DNA of 64,000 nucleotides from Candidatus Neptunichlamydia sp. (GTDB lineage Bacteria; Chlamydiota; Chlamydiia; Chlamydiales; Simkaniaceae): NCBI GenBank assembly GCA_965233865.1, contig OZ247587.1, positions 224,001 to 288,000 of the forward strand, read 5' to 3'. Shown piece by piece: positions 63,587 to 64,000 of this stretch (position 1 is its first letter; each line of letters starts with the position of its first letter). The notes under the pieces were generated by a model. It saw only the letters and a program-made list of their open reading frames with translations, ran no database searches and was not told where the DNA came from. The position numbers and the translations under genes were made by a program.

Positions 63587-64000
63587 TCACTGATTCGCTG
63601 TTAACTCATTATTTTCCCTATTTAAAGCTTTAATCAGGTTACAAGCAGGGAGAATGAGGATCGCAGCTATCAGGAATGGAAAAGACCCTGTAAGGACAGA
63701 AAGGTCTGGAGCAAAGCAGGCCACAAAACAAGGCATCATAAGCAGTACTCTTTGCTTTTCGTTGGCGCGTGTGAACACTTCTAGGGAAGCCAAAAGGCTT
63801 AGCCCTAGAACAACCCCTCCAACTATGCATGAGTAAATTTTTTCAAAATGCATGGGCACTTCCTTCGGCCAGTTCAGGAGCAGATAAATACTGGAGAGGG
63901 TTATCCCTATTGTTGAAAGAAACAGAAGGACCGTTAAAGGGGAGGCTCCACTTCTCTTAGCAAGGAAGGCTAAACAGGCAAAGCCAGCAAGGAGTAGGGA
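63587..64000 (-). CDS. C-terminal part of a membrane transporter-like protein (runs off the window)
   Basis: Frame stays open to the window edge (SLLLAGFACLAFLAKRSG...); several TMs. Confidence 0.6.
   Translation of the reverse strand, partial: SLLLAGFACLAFLAKRSGASPLTVLLFLSTIGITLSSIYLLLNWPKEVPMHFEKIYSCIVGGVVLGLSLLASLEVFTRANEKQRVLLMMPCFVACFAPDLSVLTGSFPFLIAAILILPACNLIKALNRENNELTANQ

Overview
AT-rich bacterial DNA, most consistent with an environmental Chlamydiota (Simkaniaceae-like) endosymbiont chromosome; this is inferred from gene content and protein style. Two housekeeping blocks (leuS-waaA-two tRNA(CAT); tsaD-rpmG-lolC/E-lolD-ugd-ispA) and an aromatic amino-acid permease sit among heavily decayed mobile DNA. 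The mobile DNA includes IS6, IS3, several IS5-family elements, two IS200 tnpA-only elements, IS66, IS256 and IS630 fragments, a Tn21/Tn501-type resolvase with res site, a degenerate TraA relaxase and a tRNA-anchored island running past the right edge. Most notable: (1) a stand-alone LanM-type dehydratase/kinase with no cyclase or precursor; (2) two unrelated-looking gene pairs sharing an ENDRDxWDRx(Y/F) tail abutting a small membrane protein; (3) a duplicated TraA-tail/Phd-like/acidic micropeptide/Rpn module; (4) a MazG-GNAT-methyltransferase-MFS-HD cluster whose GNAT carries a dead IS256-like core; (5) a Phe/Tyr-rich leader peptide before the permease; (6) an unannotated jacalin-like fragment. 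All family calls come from motif recognition by eye; no database search was run.
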